A stretch of DNA of 64,000 nucleotides from an uncultured Gammaproteobacteria bacterium (GTDB taxonomy: Bacteria > Pseudomonadota > Gammaproteobacteria > CAYNNN01): positions 929 to 64,928 of the forward strand of contig CAYNNN010000002.1 of NCBI GenBank assembly GCA_964398665.1, given 5' to 3'. The notes under the pieces are model-generated. The model had not been told where the DNA came from. It did no database searches and saw nothing but the letters and a program-made list of their open reading frames with translations. The translations under genes and the position numbers were made by a program. How positions within the stretch are numbered: the first letter of the stretch is position 1; the number at the start of each line of letters is the position of its first letter. Below are positions 30,787 through 41,004 of the stretch, piece by piece.

Positions 30787-33700
30787 TGCGTATGATTCCC
30801 CAATCGCTATCTCAACGTTTGCTGTTGATTTTGCTGGGCCTGGGTTTGCCCCTGCTGATCCTGGCTGCGCTCACGCTCAGCTGGCTGATAGATAGCCATG
30901 CCGAACAGCAAAAGCGGATGGTGGAACAGGCAACGCTGGAGCGTATCGCCTGGCTGGTCGAAACTGAAATACGCGAGGGACGTCTGGGAACCGCGCGTAC
31001 CCAGTTCCAGAAAATGCTGGCACAGTCTTTCATCGGAGTCCAGCGCATTGAACTCTACGACACTCAGGAACGCCTGCTGGTGCAGGCAGTCGCTGCCGAC
31101 CCGACTGCCGTCCCGGCACACCTGACCCAGCGCCTGGAGCAGAAACTGGGGACAACTGCCCAGCCGCTGGGACGTCTGGTGGCAGAATTCCATGCCCCGG
31201 CATTTGAAGACATTCCTCGGCGAGTCAAGTGGATCGCACTGGGTTTGCTCGTCATGCCCGGCACGGCGGCCCTGCTGGGTGCCTGGTTTTTTGCCCGCTC
31301 CCTGCGGCGGCGCCTGACCCGAATCCTGAACGCCGTGGAGCAGATTACCCAGGGTGATTTCAAGCTCAAGCTGATCCCGCGTGGTGAGGATGAACTGGCC
31401 CGGTTAGGGCGGGGCATCCTCCAGATGGCCGGGGAACTGGAGCAGAAACTGTTGGCGCTGCGGGAAAGTGAAGAGCGTTACAACCTGGCGATGCGGGGCA
31501 GTCGGGACAGCTTGTGGGACTGGCAAATTCCCAGCGACATCTTTTACATTTCCGACCGGTTTCTGGAGTGGCTGCAAATCCCGGACGCCAAACGTCCCCA
31601 GACCTTTCAGGGCTGGTTGAAGTTCATTCATCCAGACGACATCAACCGGGTCAAGGCCGAACTGGGTCAGCATCTGGAACGGCGTCAGCCTTTTGAGCTG
31701 GAATTTCGCATGGCCCGTGTGGATGGCGAATTTCGCTGGATGGTCGGGCGTGGAGCCGTGGTGTCCGATGCCAGCGGCAAGCCTTACCGTATCGCGGGGT
31801 CCGTCACTGATACCACAGAAACCCGTCAGGCCCAGACCCGATTGCAGGATGCCCTGAAACGTCTGATGACCTTGATTGAAACCTTGCCGGATGTTGTCAT
31901 CTTCAAGGATGAAATGGGTCGCTGGCAAATCCTCAATCCGGCGGCCCAGACCCTGTTCCAGCTTGATGACACCCACTGGACGGGCAAAACTGACCTGGAT
32001 CTGGCCCGGGAACATTCCGAATTACGCCGGATTTTCCTGACCTGTCATCAACACGACCAGGCCTGTTGGGCGCAGGGAAATCGTTATAACAGCCTCGAAG
32101 TGGTGCCCAGCCTGCAGGGGGGCCCGACCCGTACTTTTGAAGTGGTGCGTACCCCGCTGTTCGACAGCAATAAACAGCGTCGAGGACTGGTAATCGTCGC
32201 CCGGGATACCACCCAGCGCAAACGCGATGAAGAAGCCTTGTTTGCCGAAAAGGAACGGGCACAAGTGACCCTGCAGGCCATTACCGATGGCGTGATCACG
32301 GTTGATCTGCATGGCCGGATTGATTACTTGAATCCCAGTGCCGAAACCCTGACCGGCTGGCCGCTGGCCCAGGCCAGGGGTCAAAATCTGAATCTGGTAT
32401 TCAACTTGTTACACCCGGAAACCCGGCTGACCATCGGTAGCCCGATTGAAAGCGTGTTGAATCAGGGCATGGCGATTCAGCCGGAAGGCACTTTGATTTT
32501 ATTACATAATCAGGGTAATGAGGCGCGTATCACCCTGAACGCTGCCCCGATTCGGGACCGGGCGGGCCACCTGAGCGGTGCCGTGATCGTATTTCATGAC
32601 AGCAGCGAGCAGTACGCGCTGATGAGCAAGCTGGCTCATCAGGCCACCCACGATGCCCTGACCCAGCTCTACAACCGGGCGGCTTTTGAGCAGCACCTGC
32701 AACGGCTGCTCAGCCTGCCGCTGGAACAGCGCGCTACAGACAATGTGCTGTGTTATATGGATTTGGACCAGTTCAAAATCATCAATGATACCTGTGGCCA
32801 TGAGGCCGGAGATGAGCTGCTGCGCCGGCTGGCGGTCATCCTGCAGGGCAAATTGCGCAAGCAGGACATGCTGGCCCGGCTAGGCGGGGATGAATTTGCC
32901 CTGTTGCTGGAAAATTGCCCGCTGGCCCGTGCAGTGGAAATTGCGGAAAATCTGCGCAAGGCGGTAGGTGAGTTCCGCTTCGTCTGGCAGGACAAGATCT
33001 TCTCGGTCACGCTCAGCATCGGTGTTTTACCCATCCCGCCGGATGCTACCTTGCTGACCGAAGTTGTCAGTGCGGCAGATGACGCCTGTTATGCCGCCAA
33101 GGAGCGAGGCCGTGACCGGGTGCATGTCACCCAACTGAACGATGCCGAGTTTGTCCGGCGTCGGGATGAAAAACGCTGGGCCAATCAGGTACAGCGCGCC
33201 CTGGAGCAGGACCGGTTTGAACTCTACGCCCAGCCCATCATCGCCCAGGACCCCAGACATGCCCAGCCCGCGCATTTCGAGGTCTTGATCCGGATGCGCG
33301 ATGAACGCGGCGAAGTAGTCTCGCCGGGGCTGTTTTTACCGGCCGCCGAACGCTATGGCCTGATGGTGCAACTGGATCGCTGGGTGGTCATGAATGTACT
33401 GCGGACCTTGGGTGATCTGCTGCGCCAGGGTCAGATCAGACGCGCTGACGTATTGCTCAGCGTCAATCTGTCCGGTGCTTCTTTGGGCGAAGCCAGTTTG
33501 CTAAACTTCATCCGTGAGCATCTGTGGGAAAACGGCGTGGCGGCACGGATGTTGTGCTTTGAAATCACGGAAACGGCGGCCATCACCAATTTCAACCAGG
33601 CCCAGCATCTGATCAGTGAACTGAAAAAACTGGGCTGTCAATTCTCCCTGGACGACTTCGGAAGCGGGTTCTCTTCCTTCAGCTATTTGAAAAACATGCC

Positions 33701-33944
33701 GGTTGACTACCTGAAGATAGATGGCTCCTTCGTACGCAACATTACTACTTCACCCCAGGATGCCGCGATGGTCGAAGTGATGAATCAGATTGGCCACCTC
33801 ATGGGCCTGAGGACCATCGCCGAATTTGTCAGCGATGCGGCAATCTGGGCACGGATTCAGAGCCTCGGCATTGATTATGGACAGGGTTTTTATCTGGGCA
33901 AACCCCAGCCGCTGCTTACCTTGCTGGGCCGTCAGCCCGCTTAG
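30786..33944 (+). CDS. Membrane sensor with periplasmic domain, HAMP, PAS domains, GGDEF and EAL (bifunctional c-di-GMP turnover protein)
   Basis: Two TM segments flanking a ~130-aa periplasmic region. HAMP and PAS motifs, [12 protein letters not shown] (GGDEF) and an EAL domain (CFEITE...DDFGSGFSS). Confidence 0.85.
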   Translation: MRMIPQSLSQRLLLILLGLGLPLLILAALTLSWLIDSHAEQQKRMVEQATLERIAWLVETEIREGRLGTARTQFQKMLAQSFIGVQRIELYDTQERLLVQAVAADPTAVPAHLTQRLEQKLGTTAQPLGRLVAEFHAPAFEDIPRRVKWIALGLLVMPGTAALLGAWFFARSLRRRLTRILNAVEQITQGDFKLKLIPRGEDELARLGRGILQMAGELEQKLLALRESEERYNLAMRGSRDSLWDWQIPSDIFYISDRFLEWLQIPDAKRPQTFQGWLKFIHPDDINRVKAELGQHLERRQPFELEFRMARVDGEFRWMVGRGAVVSDASGKPYRIAGSVTDTTETRQAQTRLQDALKRLMTLIETLPDVVIFKDEMGRWQILNPAAQTLFQLDDTHWTGKTDLDLAREHSELRRIFLTCHQHDQACWAQGNRYNSLEVVPSLQGGPTRTFEVVRTPLFDSNKQRRGLVIVARDTTQRKRDEEALFAEKERAQVTLQAITDGVITVDLHGRIDYLNPSAETLTGWPLAQARGQNLNLVFNLLHPETRLTIGSPIESVLNQGMAIQPEGTLILLHNQGNEARITLNAAPIRDRAGHLSGAVIVFHDSSEQYALMSKLAHQATHDALTQLYNRAAFEQHLQRLLSLPLEQRATDNVLCYMDLDQFKIINDTCGHEAGDELLRRLAVILQGKLRKQDMLARLGGDEFALLLENCPLARAVEIAENLRKAVGEFRFVWQDKIFSVTLSIGVLPIPPDATLLTEVVSAADDACYAAKERGRDRVHVTQLNDAEFVRRRDEKRWANQVQRALEQDRFELYAQPIIAQDPRHAQPAHFEVLIRMRDERGEVVSPGLFLPAAERYGLMVQLDRWVVMNVLRTLGDLLRQGQIRRADVLLSVNLSGASLGEASLLNFIREHLWENGVAARMLCFEITETAAITNFNQAQHLISELKKLGCQFSLDDFGSGFSSFSYLKNMPVDYLKIDGSFVRNITTSPQDAAMVEVMNQIGHLMGLRTIAEFVSDAAIWARIQSLGIDYGQGFYLGKPQPLLTLLGRQPA

Positions 33945-33976
33945 TCTCCACACCACTACTCTATAGGACTTGCTTT

Positions 33977-34753
33977 ATGGGTTTATTGACCAACAAACGC
34001 GCCGTGATCGTCGGGCTGGCCAGCGACCGTTCGATAGCCTGGGGCATTGCCACAGCCATGCGCCGCGAAGGCGCCGAACTGATCCTGGTCTGCCAGAATG
34101 ACAAACTGAAAGACCGGGTCATGAAGCTGGCCGCTGCCCTGGAAACCGACATCGTATTACCCTGCGACGTAGGCAACGATGCCGAGATCGAGGCGCTGTT
34201 TGCCCAAATTGATGATTATTGGGATCACATTGATATTCTGGTGCATTCTGTTGCTTTTGCGCCGCGTGAGGCCCTGCAGGGCGATTATCTGGATGCCGTG
34301 ACCCGGGCGGGCTTTCATACCGCCCACGACATCAGTTCCTACAGCTTTGCGGCGCTGGCCAAAGCCGCCCGGCCCATGATGCAGAACCGGTCGGCATCCA
34401 TGCTGACCCTGAGTTATCTGGGTGCCGAGCGGGTGATTCCCAATTACAACGTCATGGGTGTGGCCAAAGCCAGTCTGGAAGCCAATGTGCGCTACATGGC
34501 CAACAGCCTGGGACCAGAAGGCATTCGGGTGAATGCCATTTCCGCCGGACCGATTCGCACCCTGGCCGCCTCAGGCATTGCAGATTTCCGCGCCATGTTG
34601 AACTATGCCGAGCAGAAATCGCCCCTGCGTCGCAATGTCACCATCGAAGAAGTTGGCAACATTGCAGCCTTTCTCGGTTCCGACTGGGCCACGGCCATCA
34701 CCGGCGAAGTGATTTACGCCGATGCCGGGTTCCACATCGTCGGCATGGTTTAG
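33977..34753 (+). CDS. fabI: Enoyl-[ACP] reductase (NADH)
   Basis: [25 protein letters not shown]-terminus and the Y-x6-K catalytic region typical of FabI. 258 aa. Confidence 0.9.
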   Translation: MGLLTNKRAVIVGLASDRSIAWGIATAMRREGAELILVCQNDKLKDRVMKLAAALETDIVLPCDVGNDAEIEALFAQIDDYWDHIDILVHSVAFAPREALQGDYLDAVTRAGFHTAHDISSYSFAALAKAARPMMQNRSASMLTLSYLGAERVIPNYNVMGVAKASLEANVRYMANSLGPEGIRVNAISAGPIRTLAASGIADFRAMLNYAEQKSPLRRNVTIEEVGNIAAFLGSDWATAITGEVIYADAGFHIVGMV

Positions 34754-34792
34754 TGCTGCGCCAGCCCAGGCTGCCCCTCCTGGCAGGGGAAT

Positions 34793-35416
34793 TCAGACGT
34801 AGCGACTGCGCAGCGGGCTGCTGCGCGGGAAATGGGCCTTGAGGTAGCTCATCTGGTCGCTCAGCACGCGATGGCCCTGGAGAAAAATGTACTCGGCATG
34901 GTTGGGCGTAAACGGAATGGCCAACAGCGCCATCCCGGCCTGCTCAGGCGTCCGTCCGGCTTTGTGGTTATTGCAACGTTTGCAGGCCGTAACCACATTA
35001 TTCCAGGTATCGGCGCCATGCTGACTGAGCGGCCGGATATGGTCGCGGGACAATTCGCTGCCGGCAAAACGGTTGCCGCAGTACAGGCACAGATGCGCAT
35101 CCCGTCGAAACAGGGCCGCGTTGCTCAGCGGTGGGGTGTAATCCCGCAACAGCTTGTCCAGATGCAGGCTTTTGTCCCGGGTGGCAATCACGGCGCTCAA
35201 ACACAACGTGCTTTGCTGGCCATTGCGGGTATTGAACCCGCCGTGCAGGCAATACAGTCGCTCACCCCAGGCGTAGGCAATTTGATCCTGAGCATAAAGG
35301 CGCGCTGCTTCACGGTAATCTACCCATTCAACGGGCATTCCACAGGCATCCACGCGCAAAATCTGCTGATGCAAGTCGTACATGGCACACTGAACTACCG
35401 ATAACCCAAGCCGCAT
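34793..35416 (-). CDS. HNH endonuclease-family protein
   Basis: CLYCG ... DHIRPLSQHG ... CKRCNNHK is an HNH zinc-finger nuclease motif. Start trimmed to MMRLG. Confidence 0.6.
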   Translation of the reverse strand: MRLGLSVVQCAMYDLHQQILRVDACGMPVEWVDYREAARLYAQDQIAYAWGERLYCLHGGFNTRNGQQSTLCLSAVIATRDKSLHLDKLLRDYTPPLSNAALFRRDAHLCLYCGNRFAGSELSRDHIRPLSQHGADTWNNVVTACKRCNNHKAGRTPEQAGMALLAIPFTPNHAEYIFLQGHRVLSDQMSYLKAHFPRSSPLRSRYV

Positions 35417-35553
35417 CATACGCCTTCCCCCATGCGGTGCAAGCCGGCCACAGCCAGTCAAAAATATTTCATATCGTTTCCGGGGCCAATCCCCACCGTC
35501 TGCCAGTTCTCTGCTACGCTGCATGAGCGGCTTTATACAACACGGGAGAACTC

Positions 35554-36375
35554 ATGAATCGCTATAGTTTGACAGACAAACCACTTGCCGGGCAGCGGGC
35601 CCTGGTGACGGGGGCCAGCTCGGGTATCGGGGCGGCCATTGCGCGGTCATTGGCTTTGGCCGGTGCCAAGGTTGCGGTGAATTACGCCGGGGGGGCAGAA
35701 CGCGCCCAGCAGGTGGTGCAGGATATTCAGACCCAAGGCGGCGAGGCTATCGCACTCCAGGCCAATGTGGGTGAAGAGGCGGATGTCCAGCGCATGTTTG
35801 ACCAGTTGTTTGCGCACTGGGGCAGTGTGGATATTCTGGTCAACAACGCCGGCTTGCAGCGGGATGCGCCTTTGGTGGACATGAGCCTGGCTGACTGGGA
35901 TCAGGTCTTGCGTACCAACCTGACCGGGCAATTTCTCTGTACTCGGGCGGCGGTGCGGGAATTCCTGCGGCGCGGTATCGTGCCGGAGCTATCCTGCGCG
36001 ATGGGCAAAGTCATCTGCGTATCTTCCGTGCATGATGTCATTCCCTGGGCTGGACACGTCAATTATGCCGCTTCCAAAGGGGGCCTGCTGTTATTCATGA
36101 AAAGCGTGGCTCAGGAAGTCGCCCATCTGAAAATCCGGGTCAACAGCATTTCACCGGGGGCCATCCGCACCCCGATCAATCGGGCGGCCTGGGAAACACC
36201 GGATGCCGAGCAGGCATTGCTCAAGCTGATTCCCTACAAGCGCGTCGGAGAGCCGGTGGATATTGGCCATGCAGCCGTGTGGCTGGCATCGGATTTTTCC
36301 GATTATGTCACTGGCACCACGATCTACGTGGATGGCGGCATGACCTTGTACCCCGGTTTTGAGGAGGGCGGCTAA
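35554..36375 (+). CDS. SDR-family oxidoreductase (glucose-1-dehydrogenase-like)
   Basis: TGASSGIGAAIA Rossmann motif, NNAG, catalytic Y-x3-K (YAASKGG). Confidence 0.85.
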   Translation: MNRYSLTDKPLAGQRALVTGASSGIGAAIARSLALAGAKVAVNYAGGAERAQQVVQDIQTQGGEAIALQANVGEEADVQRMFDQLFAHWGSVDILVNNAGLQRDAPLVDMSLADWDQVLRTNLTGQFLCTRAAVREFLRRGIVPELSCAMGKVICVSSVHDVIPWAGHVNYAASKGGLLLFMKSVAQEVAHLKIRVNSISPGAIRTPINRAAWETPDAEQALLKLIPYKRVGEPVDIGHAAVWLASDFSDYVTGTTIYVDGGMTLYPGFEEGG

Positions 36376-37370
36376 TGCACGGAGTCTGGGTCCTGCTCTG
36401 TAGCCTGAGCCTGTTGCTGCCGGTGTGGGCGGCGGACAGCCGCCAGGATTTCACCGGCCTGCCCGAAGGTGAACGCCCCTGGTGGCCCAGCCGCTACGGC
36501 GCGGACGATCAGTTGGGTACCCTCAACGAGATTACCCCGGCAGTCATGCAGCGTGCTGCGACCTTGGTGAAAACGGGTACGGTAGTGGATCTGGGCCGGG
36601 TGCTGGACGACCAGACACCCAAATTTCCGGGGCGGTTCTGGCATCAGGTCGTGGACGTCTCGCCCCACTACACCAATCTGCGCCGTCCCGACCGGGTGGG
36701 CAAAGGCTGGGGCAAGAACCAGATTAACTGGATTACCGAAATTCAGAGCGGCACGTTCCAGGTCGGCACGCAACTGGACTCTCTGGGCCACATCCAGATT
36801 GCAGACCGCTTTTACAACGGCTGGCGCACGGAAGACGTGGTGGAAAGTTGGGGACTGAACCGGTTTGGCATGGAAACCGTACCGCCCATCATGACGCGGG
36901 GAGTCTTGCTGGACATTGCAGCGCTGAAGGGGACAGCCCGTCTAGAGGCTGGTTATGTGATCAGCATTCAGGATCTGGAACAGGCGCTGGCGCGGCAAAA
37001 ACTGAGCCTGCAGGCCGGCGATGCCGTGCTGCTGCACACGGGCTGGGGCAGCTTGTGGGGCCAGGACAACACGGCTTTTCTGGCCGGTGAGCCGGGGCCG
37101 GGGCTGGCTGGCATCCACTGGCTGTACGAGCGGCGTATTGCCTTGCTGGGTACTGATACCTGGAGCATCGGTCCGGTACCGGGTGAAGATCCGGAGCGGC
37201 CTTTCGTGGTGCCTCAGACCATGTACGTCAAGCTGGGGCTGGTCGGGCTGGAAAATCTGGCCACGGAAATGCTGGCCCAGCGCCAGGTTTATGAATTTCT
37301 GCTGACGGTCACCCACGCCAAGACCCGAGGGTCAACTGCCGCCATCATTGCCCCGGCTGCGGCTTACTGA
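36375..37370 (+). CDS. Secreted putative cyclase-family protein (kynurenine formamidase-like fold)
   Basis: Signal peptide, and HxGxH/D-type metal motif regions (DSLGHIQ ... LLHTGWG) typical of Pfam 'Cyclase'. TAATG overlap with the SDR gene. Confidence 0.55.
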   Translation: MHGVWVLLCSLSLLLPVWAADSRQDFTGLPEGERPWWPSRYGADDQLGTLNEITPAVMQRAATLVKTGTVVDLGRVLDDQTPKFPGRFWHQVVDVSPHYTNLRRPDRVGKGWGKNQINWITEIQSGTFQVGTQLDSLGHIQIADRFYNGWRTEDVVESWGLNRFGMETVPPIMTRGVLLDIAALKGTARLEAGYVISIQDLEQALARQKLSLQAGDAVLLHTGWGSLWGQDNTAFLAGEPGPGLAGIHWLYERRIALLGTDTWSIGPVPGEDPERPFVVPQTMYVKLGLVGLENLATEMLAQRQVYEFLLTVTHAKTRGSTAAIIAPAAAY

Positions 37371-37465
37371 AAGTGGCCTGCGTCACTAGACGCTACCCAT
37401 TTTGGCGACTATAGTTAGCAGGGCCGATGCGGTGGCGTCCCGCAGCCGGTCCTGTACCAAGGAGC

Positions 37466-37870
37466 ATGATAGTGACCACAGAAGCAAGCGTGAATATCTC
37501 CGGGCTAAAAGTCATGGTAATTGACGATAGTAAAACTATTCGTCGTACCGCGGAAACCCTGCTCAAGAAGGAAGGGTGTGAAGTGATCACGGCGACGGAT
37601 GGGTTCGAAGCCTTGGCCAAAATCGCAGATTCTCATCCGGACGTCATCTTCGTGGACATCATGATGCCCCGTCTGGATGGCTATCAGACCTGTGCCCTGA
37701 TCAAGCATAACCGCACCTTCAAGCACACGCCGGTGATCATGCTGTCCAGCAAGGATGGCCTGTTTGATCGGGCCCGCGGCAAGATCGTCGGCTCGGAGCA
37801 ATACCTGACCAAGCCCTTCACCAAGGATGAACTGCTGGACGCCATCACCCGCCATGTCCACAAGACCTGA
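37466..37870 (+). CDS. pilG: Twitching-motility response regulator PilG (CheY-like)
   Basis: Receiver domain (VMVIDDS ... DVIFVDIMMP ... LSSK). Position and sequence match PilG of Pil-Chp systems. Start trimmed to the ATG at 37466. Confidence 0.8.
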   Translation: MIVTTEASVNISGLKVMVIDDSKTIRRTAETLLKKEGCEVITATDGFEALAKIADSHPDVIFVDIMMPRLDGYQTCALIKHNRTFKHTPVIMLSSKDGLFDRARGKIVGSEQYLTKPFTKDELLDAITRHVHKT

Positions 37871-37886
37871 AGCAGGGTAGGCCATC

Positions 37887-38252
37887 ATGTTGCGTGTGCT
37901 GGTTGTCGATGATTCCGAAGCGGATGCCCAGTTCATGAAAGTATTGCTGGAAAAGTCAGGCTATCAGGTGGCCGTGGCCCATACGCTGGATCAGGCGATG
38001 GCCGCCCTGCGGCGGGAGCCGATCAGCCTGATCCTGATGGATGTCGTCCTGCCGGGTGCCAGTGGCTTCCAGGCCACGCGCACCCTGAGTAAGGATCCAC
38101 AGACTCATGATATTCCAATCATTCTGGTGAGCGCCAAATCCCAGGAAACCGACCGGGTCTGGGGATTACGTCAGGGAGCGCGGGATTACGTACGCAAGCC
38201 CGTTGACCCGACGGAGCTTGTGGCCAAGGTACGCAACATCATTGGAGGTTAG
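37887..38252 (+). CDS. pilH: Twitching-motility response regulator PilH (CheY-like)
   Basis: Receiver domain (VLVVDDSEAD ... LILMDVVLP ... VSAK) directly after pilG. Confidence 0.8.
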   Translation: MLRVLVVDDSEADAQFMKVLLEKSGYQVAVAHTLDQAMAALRREPISLILMDVVLPGASGFQATRTLSKDPQTHDIPIILVSAKSQETDRVWGLRQGARDYVRKPVDPTELVAKVRNIIGG

Positions 38253-38257
38253 GCGAA

Positions 38258-38821
38258 ATGGCAACAGCAACCCACTCCTTGACCGCTGCTCAGATGACGC
38301 CTTTTGCCCTACTGCTGGCGCTGGAACAGCGGGCCTTGCAGGATGCGCTGCCGTTACCTCAGGAAATAGAAATTCGCAGGGAATGGGTTGGGGTTGCCTT
38401 CCGTCTCGGTGAAACCTCATTTGTTGCCAGCCTGAACGAGGTAATCGAATTGCTGTCGTATCCGGTCGTGACGCGGGTACCCGCGACCAAGGGCTGGGTG
38501 CGTGGACTGGCCAACGTACGTGGTTCGTTGCTGCCGGTGGCGGATTTGGCGGGCTTTTTCTTTGCCAGGAATGGCGAGCTGACCAAGCGTAGCCGGGTTC
38601 TGGTGGTCTCCCAGCAAGGCGTGCGGGCCGGTTTACTGGTGGATGAAGTTCTGGGTTTGCGACATTTTTTTGAAGATGACCGAACTGCGCCTCCTGCGCA
38701 CCTGCATGGGCGCGTCCAGGAATTGCTGAGTTCCGGGTTTCGGCAGGGCGGAATCACGTGGCCAGTGCTGAGCATCCAGCGACTGACCGAGTTCCCGGAT
38801 TTTTTACAAGCGGCGTTATAG
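38258..38821 (+). CDS. pilI: CheW-like coupling protein PilI
   Basis: CheW-domain architecture. Position between pilH and pilJ. Confidence 0.65.
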   Translation: MATATHSLTAAQMTPFALLLALEQRALQDALPLPQEIEIRREWVGVAFRLGETSFVASLNEVIELLSYPVVTRVPATKGWVRGLANVRGSLLPVADLAGFFFARNGELTKRSRVLVVSQQGVRAGLLVDEVLGLRHFFEDDRTAPPAHLHGRVQELLSSGFRQGGITWPVLSIQRLTEFPDFLQAAL

Positions 38822-38901
38822 CCCTGATTATCAATCATTATCAATATAGAGAGGCGTGCGATGCGAAGGGTTGTTGACTTGCAGTTGGCGGGAGGGCAGC
38901 A

Positions 38902-40959
38902 ATGATTACCACGACAACTGATGCCAAACGGCAGATTATTGGTAGTGCGGTCAAAATTACCGCCGGGGTATTGATGGCCGTCATCCTGACCGCCCTGGGC
39001 GTGTTCATGTGGATTGCCTACCTCGACAGAAACGACCGCTTGTACGTCAGCTATGCCAATGAACAGCGATTGCTGGCCCAGTCCATCGCCAAATACACCC
39101 TGGGGGCTGCGGTGGGCGACGACAAGCTGTTTGCCAAACTGAAGGAGGGCCGGGATCGCTTTGATCAGACTCTGGCCGTTCTCAGGCAGGGCGATCCCAG
39201 TGTGCCGTTTTACCTGCCCCCCTCTTCCCCTGCCGTCACGGACTATGTGCAGCAGGTCGAAAAACAATGGGAAGAACTGCGCAATCAGGCTGATCAGGTG
39301 TTGAAGGCCAAAAGCGGCATTCTGACCGTGCGCGAGCTGGTTTCGGTGGTCACCGAATTTATCCCCCAGCTGGAAAAATATTCCACAGAAATTGCCGATT
39401 TGCTGGTGCAGAAAAAGGCCAAGCCCGAACAGATTTTCGTCGCAACCCGGCAACTGATGCTGGCCCAGCGTCTGGAAAACAATGTCAATCGCGTGTTGGC
39501 TGGCAAGGGTGACTCAGCTCAGGCTGCCGAAGGGTTTGCCCAGGACGCCGAAGAATTTGGTGTCGTACTGGAAGGCATGTTGCGAGGCAATGCCGAGCGC
39601 AAGATCGAGAAAGTGGCCGATGCCAGCGCCGATCAGAAATTGCGCGAAATTGCCATGCTGTTCAGTACAGTGAGCGAACATGCCAAGGAAATTATCGAGT
39701 TGGCTCCGGAAGTCCTGCCTGCGCAGGTGGCTGCCTCGCGGGTGACGGAGCTGAGCGAGAAACTGGGCGACGCCACGGGTCTGCTGGCGCAGGTCTATGA
39801 GCGTCAGGTAGGTCGGCCCGGCATTCCCGGCACCGATATTGTGGTAGGCCCCTGGCTGGTGATTTTCCTCGGCGTCATGGCGGGCTTGCTGGCCGTGGTT
39901 CTGGCCATCCAGTTCATCTACGACGCCCGGCGGCGTGAGGCACTCAGTGCCGAACAAAATCAGCGGAATCAACAGGCCATTTTGCGACTGCTGGACGAAA
40001 TGGGCGATTTGGCAGACGGGGATCTCACCGTGACTGCCACAGTGACCGAAGACGTGACCGGGGCTATCGCCGACTCGATCAACTACGCCATCGAAGCCTT
40101 GCGTAGTCTGGTCACCACCATTAACAGCACGACCGAACGGGTTTCAGGTGCTGCAGAGTCCACCCGCTCCACAGCCATGCAGCTGGCTGATGCCAGCACC
40201 CATCAGGCCGAGCAGATTTCCACGGCAACCGAGGTCATCAACCGCATGGCAGACTCGGTGAACGCCATTTCCAAACGTGCCCTGGACACTGCGTTGGCCG
40301 CCCAGAACGCCGTGCGGATCGCCAACAAGGGCGCTGATACCGTGCGCCGTACCATTCAGGGTATGGACGCCATCCGTGAGCAGATTCAGGAGACCTCGAA
40401 GCGGATTAAACGCCTGGGTGAAAGCTCCCAGGAAATCGGTGATATCGTGGAACTCATTGACGACATTGCGGACCAGACCAACATTCTGGCCTTGAACGCA
40501 GCCATGCAGGCCGCCATGGCCGGTGAAGCGGGCCGGGGCTTTGCCGTGGTTGCCGATGAAGTGCAACGCCTTGCAGAACGTTCCAGTAATGCAACCAAGC
40601 AGATTGAAGCCCTGGTCAAAACCATTCAGGCAGATACCAAGGAAGCGGTGAGTTCGATGGAACAAACCACGGCCGGGGTCGTCAACGGGGCGCGACTGGC
40701 TGAAGACGCCGGTGATGCCCTGCAGGAAATCGAATCGGTATCCACCCAGATTGCCGGTCTGATTCAAGAGTTTGCAAAGGCCACTGAAGAACAGTCCCAG
40801 GCGGCGGTTTCCGTGAACGATACCATGCACGTCATTCTGGAAATCAGCACCCAGACAACCGAGGGCAGTAGCGAAACGGCACGCTCCATTGGTGAGCTGG
40901 CTGATTTGGCAGTTGACCTCAGGCGGTCGGTCTCGGGCTTCAAGCTGCCTGAGATGTAA
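38902..40959 (+). CDS. pilJ: Methyl-accepting chemotaxis protein PilJ
   Basis: N-terminal TM and periplasmic region, HAMP, and the highly conserved MCP signalling domain (QTNILALNAAMQAAMAGEAGRGFAVVADEVQRLAERS). Confidence 0.85.
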   Translation: MITTTTDAKRQIIGSAVKITAGVLMAVILTALGVFMWIAYLDRNDRLYVSYANEQRLLAQSIAKYTLGAAVGDDKLFAKLKEGRDRFDQTLAVLRQGDPSVPFYLPPSSPAVTDYVQQVEKQWEELRNQADQVLKAKSGILTVRELVSVVTEFIPQLEKYSTEIADLLVQKKAKPEQIFVATRQLMLAQRLENNVNRVLAGKGDSAQAAEGFAQDAEEFGVVLEGMLRGNAERKIEKVADASADQKLREIAMLFSTVSEHAKEIIELAPEVLPAQVAASRVTELSEKLGDATGLLAQVYERQVGRPGIPGTDIVVGPWLVIFLGVMAGLLAVVLAIQFIYDARRREALSAEQNQRNQQAILRLLDEMGDLADGDLTVTATVTEDVTGAIADSINYAIEALRSLVTTINSTTERVSGAAESTRSTAMQLADASTHQAEQISTATEVINRMADSVNAISKRALDTALAAQNAVRIANKGADTVRRTIQGMDAIREQIQETSKRIKRLGESSQEIGDIVELIDDIADQTNILALNAAMQAAMAGEAGRGFAVVADEVQRLAERSSNATKQIEALVKTIQADTKEAVSSMEQTTAGVVNGARLAEDAGDALQEIESVSTQIAGLIQEFAKATEEQSQAAVSVNDTMHVILEISTQTTEGSSETARSIGELADLAVDLRRSVSGFKLPEM

Positions 40960-41004
40960 GACTGGATTGGAACAGGGTTTGTGGAGTTAGGGCGGGAGCA
41001 GGCA

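Noticed and set aside
34754-34792. Bidirectional terminator between fabI and the HNH gene
   Set aside because: Only a 5-bp stem (CCCCT ... AGGGG) with no U-tract. Too weak to call.
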